Shown here one piece after another: positions 37,750 to 55,031 of a stretch of 64,000 nt of DNA. The notes below the pieces were generated by a model. It saw nothing but the letters and a program-made list of their open reading frames with translations. It made no database searches and was not told where the DNA came from. Position 1 is the first letter of the stretch. Each line of letters opens with the position of its first letter. The stretch is from Guillardia theta CCMP2712 (lineage: Eukaryota > Protista > Cryptophyta), in the NCBI RefSeq assembly GCF_000315625.1, contig NW_005434570.1:11413-75412 (forward strand), given 5' to 3'. The position numbers and the translations under genes are program-made.

Positions 37750-38325
37750 CTAGCAGCTTGAGGCAGACATCTCTTCTGGAAGGGAGGATCTGCGCTGATA
37801 TTTGCCACAACGGCGTGATAAATTTCCTTCTACGTGCATCAAGGCCTCTTCGAACAATGAGAAATCCATAACTTCTGAGTCACTGCTCGATGAAATCAGA
37901 GTATACTGACGCTTGTATGGCCATCGCGAAAGACCGACTCTTCTACACACTGACTTCAGTGCGGACAATGAGATGCCCTTGCAATAAAACACGTTAAGAA
38001 AACCCACATTTGGCCACATGAATATTACCAGCTTGTGTGCTGCTTCAGCCTGTGGTAGATGGATATACATGTTGAGCGTATCCTTGTCAACAACAAGCTC
38101 GCGGACGTTAGGGGAGGTACAACCCTTTTTCTTCCGAGGGAAAAGCCTGACTGTTTGATTTGTTGGTGATTGTTCAGGACTCACATCAGCTGAACTCTCT
38201 TGCAATTGCTGTCTATGCTGTCCAAAGAACAATCCAGTTTCTTCTGTTGATCGTTAGCAGTCAGCAAAGATAATGTACGAAGATTGATTGTACACGCCTG
38301 TAGAAAACGAGGGAAGATGCTCCAT
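37750..38325 (-). CDS. RWP-RK domain transcription factor 3 (intron 38028-37978; first exon uncertain)
   Basis: VDKDTLNMYIHLPQAEAAHKL|GISLSALKSVCRRVGLSRWPYKRQY. Confidence 0.92.
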
Positions 38326-38774
38326 ATGTACTGCTCAAAATCAGTTGCTTGTTGTTGCTGAATGAATCGGCTTGTTGGGGTGATAAAAGCTGAAATGAGC
38401 GCTAGAGCGGAGGTGGAGTTTGGCGCAAGGGAAGTACGTACTCAAATACTAGTATACTGCGGCAAGTGAAATGACTGAAGGGGAATGATGACACCAAAAA
38501 CTTCAGTTTTAGAGAGTTTGATGACTCTAAAACCTTATATCCAATAAAAAATTATTGTAAATAGCGCATTGAAACTGAAAACAATCATATTGCCGACTCG
38601 TAGATGCAAGTCACGGTTTGAAGGGTCCAATCTGACCACCCTGGATCATGACCAAATCGGAGACATGCTAAATGGTATCATGACCGCACGTCATCTTCAT
38701 ACGGTGATGTCGCCTAATCGAATACTAAAAGATGTGGCAAAGAGGTCACCCCTGTCAGCATGTAGTCAGCACAT

Positions 38775-39260
38775 CATGCCAGTGCCCGCTCCGGCCGGCG
38801 GCCGGCGTGGCCGACCATGCCAGACCGTGCCAGCTGCGGCAGTGGCAGGCGCCGGCGCGGGTCCAGTTCCGGGCCACCGTCTCCGCACTGGCTCGGCTGA
38901 GGGCCGGGGCCACCCGGCGGCGGCGGCGGCGGCGGCGACGACGGTCGACCGGACCGGGGGCCACTGCCGTGACGTTGCGGGCGCCGGCCGCCAAGTTGGC
39001 CGGCGGTAAAACCGACGGTTCGCCGGTCCCGGCCCGGCCCCCCGGTGACCGCCGTCTGAAGCAAAGTACGGTCAGTGCCACGGAGTATTCCGAGACGATT
39101 GAGAAGTAAGGCCTTCGGCGGACTCGGGCCGCTGATACCCTACGTTCGGCGTGCGTCAATCACTGACCGTAACGTACCGTACATTATTGAGGCCCGGCCG
39201 GGCTCGCAAGCGGTGAGTACCGTGACTCCCACCGTACGGTACCGTGACAATCTCACAATC
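38775..39260. other. CCGG-rich intergenic island 6
   Basis: Same vocabulary; between divergent RWP-RK 3 and 4. Confidence 0.8.
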
Positions 39261-39964
39261 ATGTAATACTATCATATCGTTTACTCAAAGCTAAGTTAAA
39301 AATCAGTACGAGGACAATCAGGAGAGTCGAGGTGACCCTGACTACAGTAGTCCTTTACTTTTACAGTAACTGTCGCACTGGCCAAACGGCGAGAAGAGAA
39401 AAGACAGCGAGTGGCAGTAGTTGCCTCAGGCAGGCCTGGCCGCCGAGTGAAGTCGAGTGCCTCACGGTTACCACCCCATGGATTGACCACCATGTTTTTT
39501 ATGGAGAAAGAAGGGGTACGGGGGACGGGGGTTTGATCCGTGAGCCACCTATTTTTTCTTTGTCAGCTGTGCCCCTGACATTCAAAGGTTGCGGTTTTTG
39601 GACGCCTTGAAACACCCAATGAAGTCTGTCAGCAAGCTTTTGGCCATGCTCTCTCGTGACCGTCACATAAACACACCGTTTCACGTGAGAGTTGCAACAG
39701 GACCCGTTAATAAAAGTGGAAAAGGTACGGGTGCTAGTCGCTCTGTGGTAATGTTGCCTTGTGATTTCCTGTGTGATCAGCGACTCCTTGGCGGCCTCGA
39801 CCGGCCCCTTCCCTCTCTAGCTTGGTTATTTGTGTTGCTAGTCGAAACATCGGTCCATCCTCCGTCCACACCACCGTTGCTTCTGCCTCCTCTTCGCCCA
39901 GCCTATCGCTCTCTTCAAGCTCCTTGCCCCTCCCCCTTCCAACCTTGTGTAGAGATTGATCAGC

Positions 39965-40585
39965 ATGGCCGGAGCCCTCGCAGTACTCACAGCCAACAGC
40001 CTGGAAGCCAACGGGGCCTACTGGGTCAGCGGTGACCGTTTGAGCGACTTGATGGACTTGATGTACAATAACAAGCACGTTTCACCGGTTGAGTACCGTG
40101 CGGCTCCTTCTACCCATCAGCATCGGGAAGATCGACCAGGGCCGCCCGAACGCCACCTAGACTCTAAGGGAGCCAAGGGTGCCGTGAGGCTTTGTCCAAG
40201 GAGGAAGAAGTCCAGGACCTTGTCTCCTAGGGAAATCATCATTGATGCGAACTACTTGTCTACTTTCTTTCACCTACCACAGCCTGAAGCTGCTGTCAAG
40301 ATGGTAAGATGATCACTTGCTGCTGGGTGCGCTTGCTGACATGGGCCATAGGGGATTTCTTTGTCTGCCCTCAAGTCAGTGTGCAGGAGGGTAGGTGTTC
40401 CGCGATGGCCGTACAAGCGCCAGTACACGACCAACGACTCTCCCTGTGAGGAGGAGGAGGAGGAGGAGAGGGAGGAGATGGAGATTCATGATGCGTGGGA
40501 GGAGGAGATGATTGATGAGTTCGAACTCTTCGAGGAAGCCTTGCGGCATGTAGAGGGAAGAGCCTTTAAGAGGAGACGAAGTTGA
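39965..40585 (+). CDS. RWP-RK domain transcription factor 4 (intron 40304-40351)
   Basis: IDANYLSTFFHLPQPEAAVKM|GISLSALKSVCRRVGVPRWPYKRQY. Confidence 0.92.
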
Positions 40586-40899
40586 GCCTGACGGGCCTTC
40601 TGGACCCCTTCATCTCTCCCTCTCCTTCTCTCCCTCTCCTTCTCTTTCCATCTCTTCAACAATCAAGATGTAAGTGTAAAAATAAAGATGCTCTGTTTTC
40701 ACGATGGATCGTACAGTTTGTTTACCCGAATTTCCACCCGACGGATGAGAAGGTCGGTTATGGGGGGCAGCGAGTACATGTTGCTTGCTACAGGCAGTCT
40801 GATATCATTTCTTGGCCTCGTGCTGACATGCTTGCTGCTGATGATGCTCCGATGCTCATGCGGATCGATCTGTGTCAGCGGGTCAGAAAAGAAGAGACT

Positions 40900-46648
<5,749 letters not shown>

Positions 46649-47359
46649 GGCAGGGGAGGCTTTTTTGCTACCTCAGAACCGCCCCCTGCAACCACTCCCC
46701 TCCTTCCCACTATTCCTATCACTCTTCTCCATTCTCCGACCTCTCCCTCTCCCTGTCATCCCTCTCCTCCTCCCTCTTCCTCTCTACAACTGTCTCCTTC
46801 CCTCTTTCCTGCACTCCTTCACTTTCTATCCTCCTGACATCTCCTATCTCGTTTGACCCTGCCCGACTGCTCGCTCTCCTTAGGGAACGACCACCGGTGC
46901 TGATTACTACCCTACCCGGTTCATAAAGCGAGTTTACTATTTTGAGGGCGGGTACTGCATCCGATGCAAACATACGGTACCCCCCTTAATCACCAGAGCA
47001 CTCGAAATTTGTCGGGTACAGCAGGAGCAGTAGCAGGAGCAGGAGCAGGAGCAGGAGCAGTAGCAGTAGCAGGAGCAGTAGCAGGAGCAGGAGCAGGAGC
47101 AGGAGCAGTAGCAGTAGCAGTAGCAGGAGCAGGAGCAGGAGCAAGGCATGAAACCGAGCAGGAGCAGAACGAGCAAGACGCAATTAGATGCCTCTGTTTG
47201 CTCAAGGTTGAACAACAGTTCAAAGTCATGTCAACCTTCTATGTCGACGGCTGCTCCGAGGCTTTATCAACCAAGGAGGCCGAGCATGCAAGACAGGATG
47301 CGAAACGGTTTACTGACAACAATCACTGAGAGTAATTTGGTGTATCTTACAATCATCTG

Positions 47360-50129
47360 TCAAGGAAGTTCTGTACCTGAGAAAAGCTTGTCAGCCTTGC
47401 AAGCTTCGTCGCTCGCCCTCACATTCTGCAAGGTCGTCTCCGGATCCTCCGAGTGTACCCAATGCCCAGCATTCCGAATCGTCTGTGATATCCATGTTAT
47501 CCCCTCCTCCACCCGTCCACCCCTGCTCTCTACCCCACCTCCTCTCCCGTCCACCCCTGCTCTCTATCCCACCTCCTCTCCTGCTTTTCCTGTCCACTAC
47601 CACCTCCTCCCCTGCTCCCCCAGCACTCTATCCCACTGTTCCCCTCCCCTGACACCCTCCCTCCCTCGCTCATCCCTTCCCTCTGCTCGGCACCCCCTCT
47701 ACCTCCATTCACCACCTGCAGGGTGAAGTTTGGGAACAGCCGCATGATCTCTTCGAGATGCCTTGACCTGTGGCAGCACGTTGGTAGAGAACAAGGACGA
47801 GGCAGAGCCAAAGGGGGAAGAGGAGGAGACGATGCGAGGGGAAAAGAAAGAGAGAAGGAGAGGAGGACAGGAGGACAGGAGAGAGGTGAGGTGAGGAGAG
47901 GAGGAGGAGAGCAGGAGAGCAGGAGAGCAGGAGAGACGAGGACGAGAGGACGAGAGGACGAGAGGAGGAGAGACGAGGACGAGAGGACGAGAGGAGAAGA
48001 GGAAGGGGTTATTGAGCCACCTGATAAAAGGAGACTTCCCTCCTTGCACAAAGAACGCATCACCAGGAAACGAGAGACCTAGGACGGATGCGGGTTGCTG
48101 CAGCCCCTGGGAAAGATGGATGTGAGAGTGCGAAGTGATGTAGAGGAGGAGGCAGGAGAGGAGGAAATCAGGATGAGATTGGAGAGGAGGGGGGGGGGAG
48201 GGGGGGAAGGGGAAGAAGAGGATAAGAAATTGAGGATACTGACCTGGCCAAGATCGAACCCCCCAATAATGCCCATATTCCTTTTGATGTTTTGAATCCC
48301 GATACGCCACTTCCATGCTGAAGGAACCAACCAAGTCAAGAACTTCGTCCGGCCTCCTCCGCTCCCATCCTCCAATTCGCTTCTTCTTTGCTTCTCACCT
48401 CCTCCTGCTCTAACCTTCTCTCCTCCTCTCCTCCTCTCCTTCTCTCCTTCACCCTATTCTCATGTCACAACTTGCTGACACACCTTGGTCCTCCTTGACG
48501 AGGTTTGTAAGAGCGAAGGCCCTCAACAACTGCAAGCATGTGGGCACACGATCGACGCACAAGACAAAGGAAACACTCACGGGGTCCTGGATGGAAGCTG
48601 CCAGCAGCTCGTCTGCGTGCCTCTTGTCCTTGACTGAGAGGTTGTACAGTCAAACTTTGACCGTCAACGGCGGTAAGAGGCTAGAAACGGATATGCACTT
48701 CCGACCAAGGAGTGGGAGGAGGGGTGCAAAACGAGGAAGTGTTGGAGGGGGAGGACAAGAGCGGCGCGGGGGCGCGAGGGGGGGGGGGGAGCAGGGAAGG
48801 GGAGGGGTGGTGGTAGGGGGTCACCTTCTTCAAGAGGGAGCCCGTACAGGGAGTTGATGGTAACGGCGATGTCCCTCCAAGTTTCACTCCCCTTCACATG
48901 GGGACGTAAGAGTTGAGCAAGGAAGAAACAGGTGTGAAGCGAGTGCAATACAGAGACATCCGATAACAAAGTTACAGCAGACAGCAGACAGCAGACATCG
49001 TAGCGTGGAGAGTGGAAGGGTGGAGGAGGAACAGAAGAGAGAATGTGGAGTGGGAGGGGCAGTTGACGGGAGGGGCGGGGGTTCACCTTTCCTAGAGCCT
49101 TTGAGTAATCTGCAGGAGCAATGTCGAGGATGGCAACAGATTCAACCCTGGAACCCTCCGTAAGATCCTCCTCCTCTTCTCTCTCAGTCGCCGTACAAAC
49201 CTGGTAGGGTGCAGCAGAGCAAGAGTAGCAGCAACCTAATCGACCACAGTGAGCTGTGGGGGCAGACGTCGCTCCAAGGAACCTTTCCTCCCATGGAGTG
49301 GCCGATGACGCAACACCTCTCTATCCCCATTCGATCAAGCAGGCTGATCACATCTTGGGCCATGCTGACGTACCCCATGCTCCTGCTCAGCCAACTTCAG
49401 GCACACCGGACTATCCATGTAGTGCTCACCGTGTGTGAGGACTCTCGCCATGGTTCCGCAAGTCCGGGATGATGATTCGCCGTGGCTTCGCCAGCCTCTC
49501 TGAAAGAGTGTTGGCCCATCCCAAGAAGTTCCTTCACCGGCAAAGGTCATCAACAAGTCCTCGAGCCCTTGCCCCGCAGCACCTAGAAGAGCCGAGCAGG
49601 CCATGGAGAATGAGAACAGGGCAGGCAGCCTCTGGGGACTTGGATGCTGGGTAGAGAAGCGTCAGTGGAGCTGAGCAGGATCGGAGACTTAGAGCGCTGA
49701 CGTATGTCGATGTAGGTGAGATCGACGTATCCTTTCTCTGCTGCGAGGTGGAGGCCTTTGACTCGTTTGATCCGCCAGTAGCTCTTACTGGCCATCACCA
49801 TGGAGTTAGAACCAACTTCACCTCCACATGAGAGGTAAGAACCTGTCGGTCTGCTGCTGCTCGGCCACGTTACTCAACACTTGGCTGTCGGTCCTAGATG
49901 CGACCATTGACAGGTTGATGGGAGAATTGCGGGTCGCTGTGAGGATGTTGTGAGAGGATCTTCTGTAAGAGGGTCGAAAGGACGAGAGGGAATTCTGTGC
50001 ATGAAGCGCTGCTGGAGATGTACTCGGGCTCAAAGTGTAGCCCAACGAGCTGGGCCAACTTGCCAGGAAAGTGACAACTAGCAACACAGCGCCGTATTCG
50101 TATGTTTGCCTGTGAACCGGCGAAGACAT
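47360..50129 (-). CDS. Alpha/beta hydrolase, ABHD11/YbfF-like esterase, with predicted bipartite targeting peptide
   Basis: VLILHGLLGSSR, PDLRNHGES, VIGHSMGGK (GxSxG), LDIAP, AGHWVHSEDP; hydrophobic N-terminus AVLLVVTFLASWPSSLG-Y followed by a Ser-rich transit-like region. Confidence 0.88.
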
Positions 50130-51276
50130 CCTTGGAGGTGCGGTAAGAGTTAGAATCAAGCTTTCTCACTCACAAACTTGACCGACTGTAAAATCCCACA
50201 TGTCAAACCAGCAGCATCCCAACGATAGCCCGACACTTACCAGCGTACCCTTCGAGCGATCCAGAATCCTTCTTGGCCGCACTTGACCTTCACTCTGGTT
50301 TGGAGCGGAGCAGGGAGTACCAGTTGGTCTTGAGGATCACTCTATCAGTCGGTTCGTCTCATCCTCAAGCTCTTTCCTCGCCATCCCGCGACGCCTTCGC
50401 CGACTCCATCGCTCGATCTCCCGCCATGTCCTTCCGCGGCCGCGGGTGGTCTTGCAGCAGGGGTCCACCCCTACCTTTCGAATTTCAAGATTCTGTACCC
50501 CTGGACTTTTCACCCCTACCCCCCCGAAATAAAGCTTTCTGGAACAAGTTTAGCTATAACAATACCCTACCCCATCGAGACAGTTTAACACCCCCTCCCC
50601 CCCCACCTGGATCTACCCCTTGCTAAACCCCTGGGCTGAAAAGTACCCAGAGCCCCACCCCTACCACTCCCAAAGATAGACTGAACAAGGGGTGGTGACA
50701 CAGGATCCTCGCAAGATGTGTAAACTGAGATGGTGGGCAAGGTCGGTAGCGGGATGGTAGGATGGTACCGCAGAAGAGAAGGATTGGGAATGAGAGGAGA
50801 TGGGAACTTTGACAACAGAAAGATAGGATAGTCTGAGGATAGTTGGCTGACGAGAATGTAGCGCGCGAAAAGACAAGTTTCAATGTTGATATGTCCGAGG
50901 TAGTCTGAGATGCGCAGGGTAGGCAATGAACGTAGAAGAAAGATGTTGAAAACATTCAGAGGTTTCAGAACTTTTCGTTTTATTCATCTGGAACAGATGA
51001 GGGCACGAGATCACGTTATGTAATGAGCATGTCGTACCCGATCACCAGTTAGTGCCGACAATCGTTGACTACAGGCTTCTCCGCATTACTGATGAAATCG
51101 AAGAACTGGACAAACTTTGTGTGTTCCGTTCGTACCGATCGAGATGACTGTAAGCATGCAAATTATGTATGTATGAAGACGAGAAAGCAAGCAAAATATG
51201 TGTGAGTAAACATCATGAACTCGCGCATGATTTGACCTCTTGGCCCTTACTTGAGACTCTCTACCTTCTCTCAGCC

Positions 51277-53120
51277 TCATGGTGTCGTCGTCCCCCACCG
51301 CCGATCGACAGAGACAGGCATGATCTTGAAGTGCCCTGAGACGCAGCCGAGCTCGGCGATCAATCGGCTGACGCCGGACGAGAACTTCCCGATGAAAACA
51401 TCCGAGTCGACGAGTCTGGATATCACATGGAAGATATCCACAATCTCCTCGTGCCCATGAGCCCTGGAGTGAGTTCCCCTCCTCCGCATCCTCCCTTCCT
51501 CCCTGAAGACTCTGATCTTGACAGCTGATTTGGCATTGTGAGCTGCAATGTACCGGATGACCTCTGTCTCTGTCTCAGGGGTGTCAGTAGCCAGGAAGAG
51601 AGAGATCTCTCGCAGAGACTCGTTGTCCTGCCGCTCCATCCCTAGTGAGACGTCGAGGGATCGGAGCATGGCTGCTGCGACGCTGGCCTGGCTGGTGTAG
51701 GAGCTTGTGGGGATAGGGTCTGCCTCCGCCGTGTTGTCGTGCCTGACGTGCATACTGATCCGGAACCGAGGGCCAGGAGACGGGCGCATGTGGGGCTTGG
51801 GCCGAAAGAGGAAGCTAACAAGCTGCGCCCTCCACCAGAAGAGCCCCCTCCATGCAAACCGCCGAGGGACCGTCTTGTAGTACAGGGTCAACTTGTGCTG
51901 CTCGATAGTCGTCTGGTTTACTCGCATGACGCGGTGGGGGTACGTCACCAGGGAGTCGTTCATGTAGCAGCACCTTCCCAGCAGGACCTCCGGGCTCTCC
52001 TCCCCGGCGTCCTCCTCCTTGCACCACGTGTTGAGCTCTTGCATGTGGCATGTGACAGTCCTGTTGCCGCACACCAGGGGGTCAGCGTAGCCCCAGCCGG
52101 AGCTCTCTGCGACTACCAGCGTCCGGTTTGTCATCAGAGCCATGGAGAGCGCCAGTGCAAGTTTGTGGACCTCCGAGGCTAGGCCGGACACATGATGGTA
52201 GTACACCATCAGGCGAGCGCGTTTGCAGTCGCGCGGCCGCTGCAGCTTTCTGAGCCTTTTGTACAGGAGCGCCGCGTCACCGTCCTGTCCTTGGAAACCC
52301 TTGCCGCAAGCATGCTTCGTCTCGTCGACGGTCGGGGGAGGGAGAGGGGGAAGGGGAAGGAGACTCTCCGAGTCGATTGGATGCTTGGGGAATTTCTTCT
52401 CCTTGTGGCATTCAGGGTAGACGCGACCACTGTGACAACCCTCCAGGTTACAAGACTCAATCTGACCTTGGTAGTAGTTGCACTCCGCTACCCCGTAAGG
52501 CATCAGCGTGACTTTGATGCGAGGACTCTCGACTTCCGTCCAGCCCGGGAGAAATCCGACGAAGCGATCGGCAACGTCTGAGTGCTTCTTCGCTCCCCGT
52601 GAGATACCCGGGTCGGGACTGCCCTCAGACCGTAGGGTTACTTCCCGCTCGCCGCTTGCTGGAAGATCGGTTTGCTGATGATTCGCTACGTGCTGTCCGC
52701 CTGTTTCAGAGACCTCCTCCGACGCTGCCAAGACTTCATGAGCGGCAACGGTCTGCTCCGATCCCTCCAGGAGCTCGACGAAAGTTTTCAGCTTCTCAAG
52801 CTCCGCTGTGAGGATGCGCCTGTACCGAGGACGGTGATATGGAGGAAGCAGTCAGTCATAAAGGCAAGTACAGTCGCTGACCCTCACCTCACTCTTGGAC
52901 TGGTCGAGACAGCCACCAACGACTCGAGCTCGCTCACGTCCTCCTGCTCGCAAAAAGAAACCGTCAAGTTTGCATGCTGGGCAACGCAGACGGAGGTTCT
53001 AGACTCCCGGACCTGTAGCCCCGCCAAGACATGGTCTGGATCAGCACCGGCCGTTCCGCAAACAGCAGAACATGCATATAAGAGGAAAATGCTGACGATC
53101 ATTAGTCCTGTCCTCAACAT
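51277..53120 (-). CDS. FUT8/GT23-like alpha-1,6-fucosyltransferase-family protein with N-terminal signal/anchor
   Basis: LQRPRDCKRAR, GLASEVHKL, NRTLVV, WWRAQLVSFLFRP, ISMHVRH, LFLATD, SDVFIGKFSSGVSRLIAEL, VSVD. Confidence 0.8.
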
Positions 53121-53174
53121 CCCTGTCGTCCCCTGGCTGAACAAGGGCTTTCCGAGTTCCTAACCTCTCTCCAG

Positions 53175-53940
53175 CGGCGGCCCAGCAGCAGCCCAGGATC
53201 CGGCTCACGAGTCAGGGGGTCACCAATGTCAGGGGGTGACTCAGTGACGTGTGACGGCACTGAACGGTGCCACACCGTCAGGGCCGCTCAGCCGCTCCTC
53301 AAGCTCACGGGCACTGAGGCTGCCGCCGCCATGGACTACCGATCCGTGGCATCAAACTTGTCAAGAGGTAATACTTCAAATACTCTACTGAGACAATCTC
53401 GGAGTTTGTGACAGTGGCAGGCTATCGCCCGGCGCCCGGCCCGGGACGGACAACCGTCCGTCACACGGCGGCCGCCGCGGCCCGCGGCGGGCCGGGGGCG
53501 GCCCGGCGCGGCGGGCCGGGGGCGGCCCGGCGGTGGGTGAGCGGCGCGGCAAAGTTTGAACCCGCCGTCCGATCCGACGGTCACTGCCCCCGGCCTTCTT
53601 TCACTCAAAGTCACTAGTACCGTCTATCATTCAATGACTAGTTATTATGCCGGGAGCCAGGCTGGCTGCCCATAAGTAGTAAGTACTTGAACTTGGCTCC
53701 AGTGGCCAGGGGCCGGGCCCGGGCCGGCGGCATGGGTCACCGCGGTTGTTCGAGTCTAAGTTTCAAGTTCTCGAGTCTCGCCGGCAGGCCGCGCTGTCTT
53801 CTGAGTCTGGCACCTTGAGTAACTTTAGCCTAGTAAGAGCCTCCGACTGGGCACTGCGGCAGCCCCGGGGCCGCCGCCCGGCCCGGGGGCGGGCCAGGCC
53901 GCGCCTGTACGGTACCGTGCGGTACAGAGCCGGGCTATAG
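53175..53940. other. CCGG-rich intergenic island 7
   Basis: Same vocabulary; between divergent fucosyltransferase and small-protein genes. Confidence 0.8.
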
Positions 53941-54603
53941 TCTTGTCTTCAGTGTGGGCCTGGCTGGCCCTTTTTTGGAGCCGCCTCCGAGTGTTAACAA
54001 ATCTTCTGCCCTCCTCGATTATAGAGAGATCTTCTGCCCTCCCCTGGGTCATTATCAGTATCTTTACTCATTCTATTTAAAATGGGGTAGGTTTTAAAAA
54101 TCGCTGGTCTTTTTTTAATTACGAAGATCTAAATCGGGCACTGCATAAACTCGAGGTAACTGCATGGAAGTTCGATGGCTGTGCTTGCGGCAACTCCTCC
54201 CTCCTATGCTCGCCCTTCATGCTCATGCTGCGTTCTTATCGATGTATCATGATTATTCGACCATGACTGACTGAAGTTTTTTTCTGTTGTGTATATTTCT
54301 ATTCGGTGTGAGAATACCATTGCCTTTGCTGCTTTCGATTTGTTCGTTGCGCGTTGATTCAATTCCTTGGGGCAGTATCAATGAAAGGAATCTTTCGTCT
54401 TTTTGAATTCTACATATTGTGATGTGATATATTGTGCCATTGTTTCAAGTTTTTCCTGATTGCGTGTGGCGTGGACTAATCTTTTCCCATTTCTTTCCCA
54501 TTCGCCTTGTGTGCATGAGTTGTGTTTATATGTTGCATACAAGAAAGAGGAATATATCATTTCCATGGTATGTAGTTATACCCAGCTGATGTTAATTTTC
54601 CAG

Positions 54604-54886
54604 ATGTTTGAGCTCCTCCATATCAAGAACAAGAACAACACTGGATCCCTCCCTCAGTTCTCGACCGAGGCTGGCGTTCCCCACTTTGCCTGGAAGTTGG
54701 CTCTTGCTGCTGGCCCTGTTGCCAACAAGGACAACATCACCAAGATCGAGCCCATCCGGTAAGACAACTTCTGACATTTGCGATCGTGCTTGTTCTCCTC
54801 CTCACTCTGTTTCAAATAGCTTCGGTGGACAGAACACCGTTGAGATGGCTGATGCTATCAACGGCCAGGGCAACTTTTCCTCTTAA
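54604..54886 (+). CDS. Small 73-aa orphan protein (exons 54604-54758, 54820-54886)
   Basis: GTAAG...ATAG intron joins in frame to MFELLHIKNKNNTGSLPQFSTEAGVPHFAWKLALAAGPVANKDNITKIEPIRFGGQNTVEMADAINGQGNFSS*; strong codon bias. Confidence 0.75.
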
Positions 54887-55031
54887 ACTTTTAAAACCTC
54901 TCCGTTTATGCCTGAAATAACAAATGAAAAGTTAAACTGACGATCTCACCCTTCTATTTTACATCTTGTTCTCCGGCAGGGAACCACTCTTCTCTCCCTC
55001 ATCTCATCTCATCTCATCTCATCTCATCTCA

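Noticed and set aside
46964-47329. AGAGAV-repeat ORF
   Set aside because: Hexamer microsatellite between two genes; no other support
54604-54886. Ejectisin/R-body (Reb) or phycoerythrin alpha identity for the small protein
   Set aside because: Lacks Reb-type QITDxVTQ-like motifs, the PE-alpha chromophore Cys and a targeting peptide
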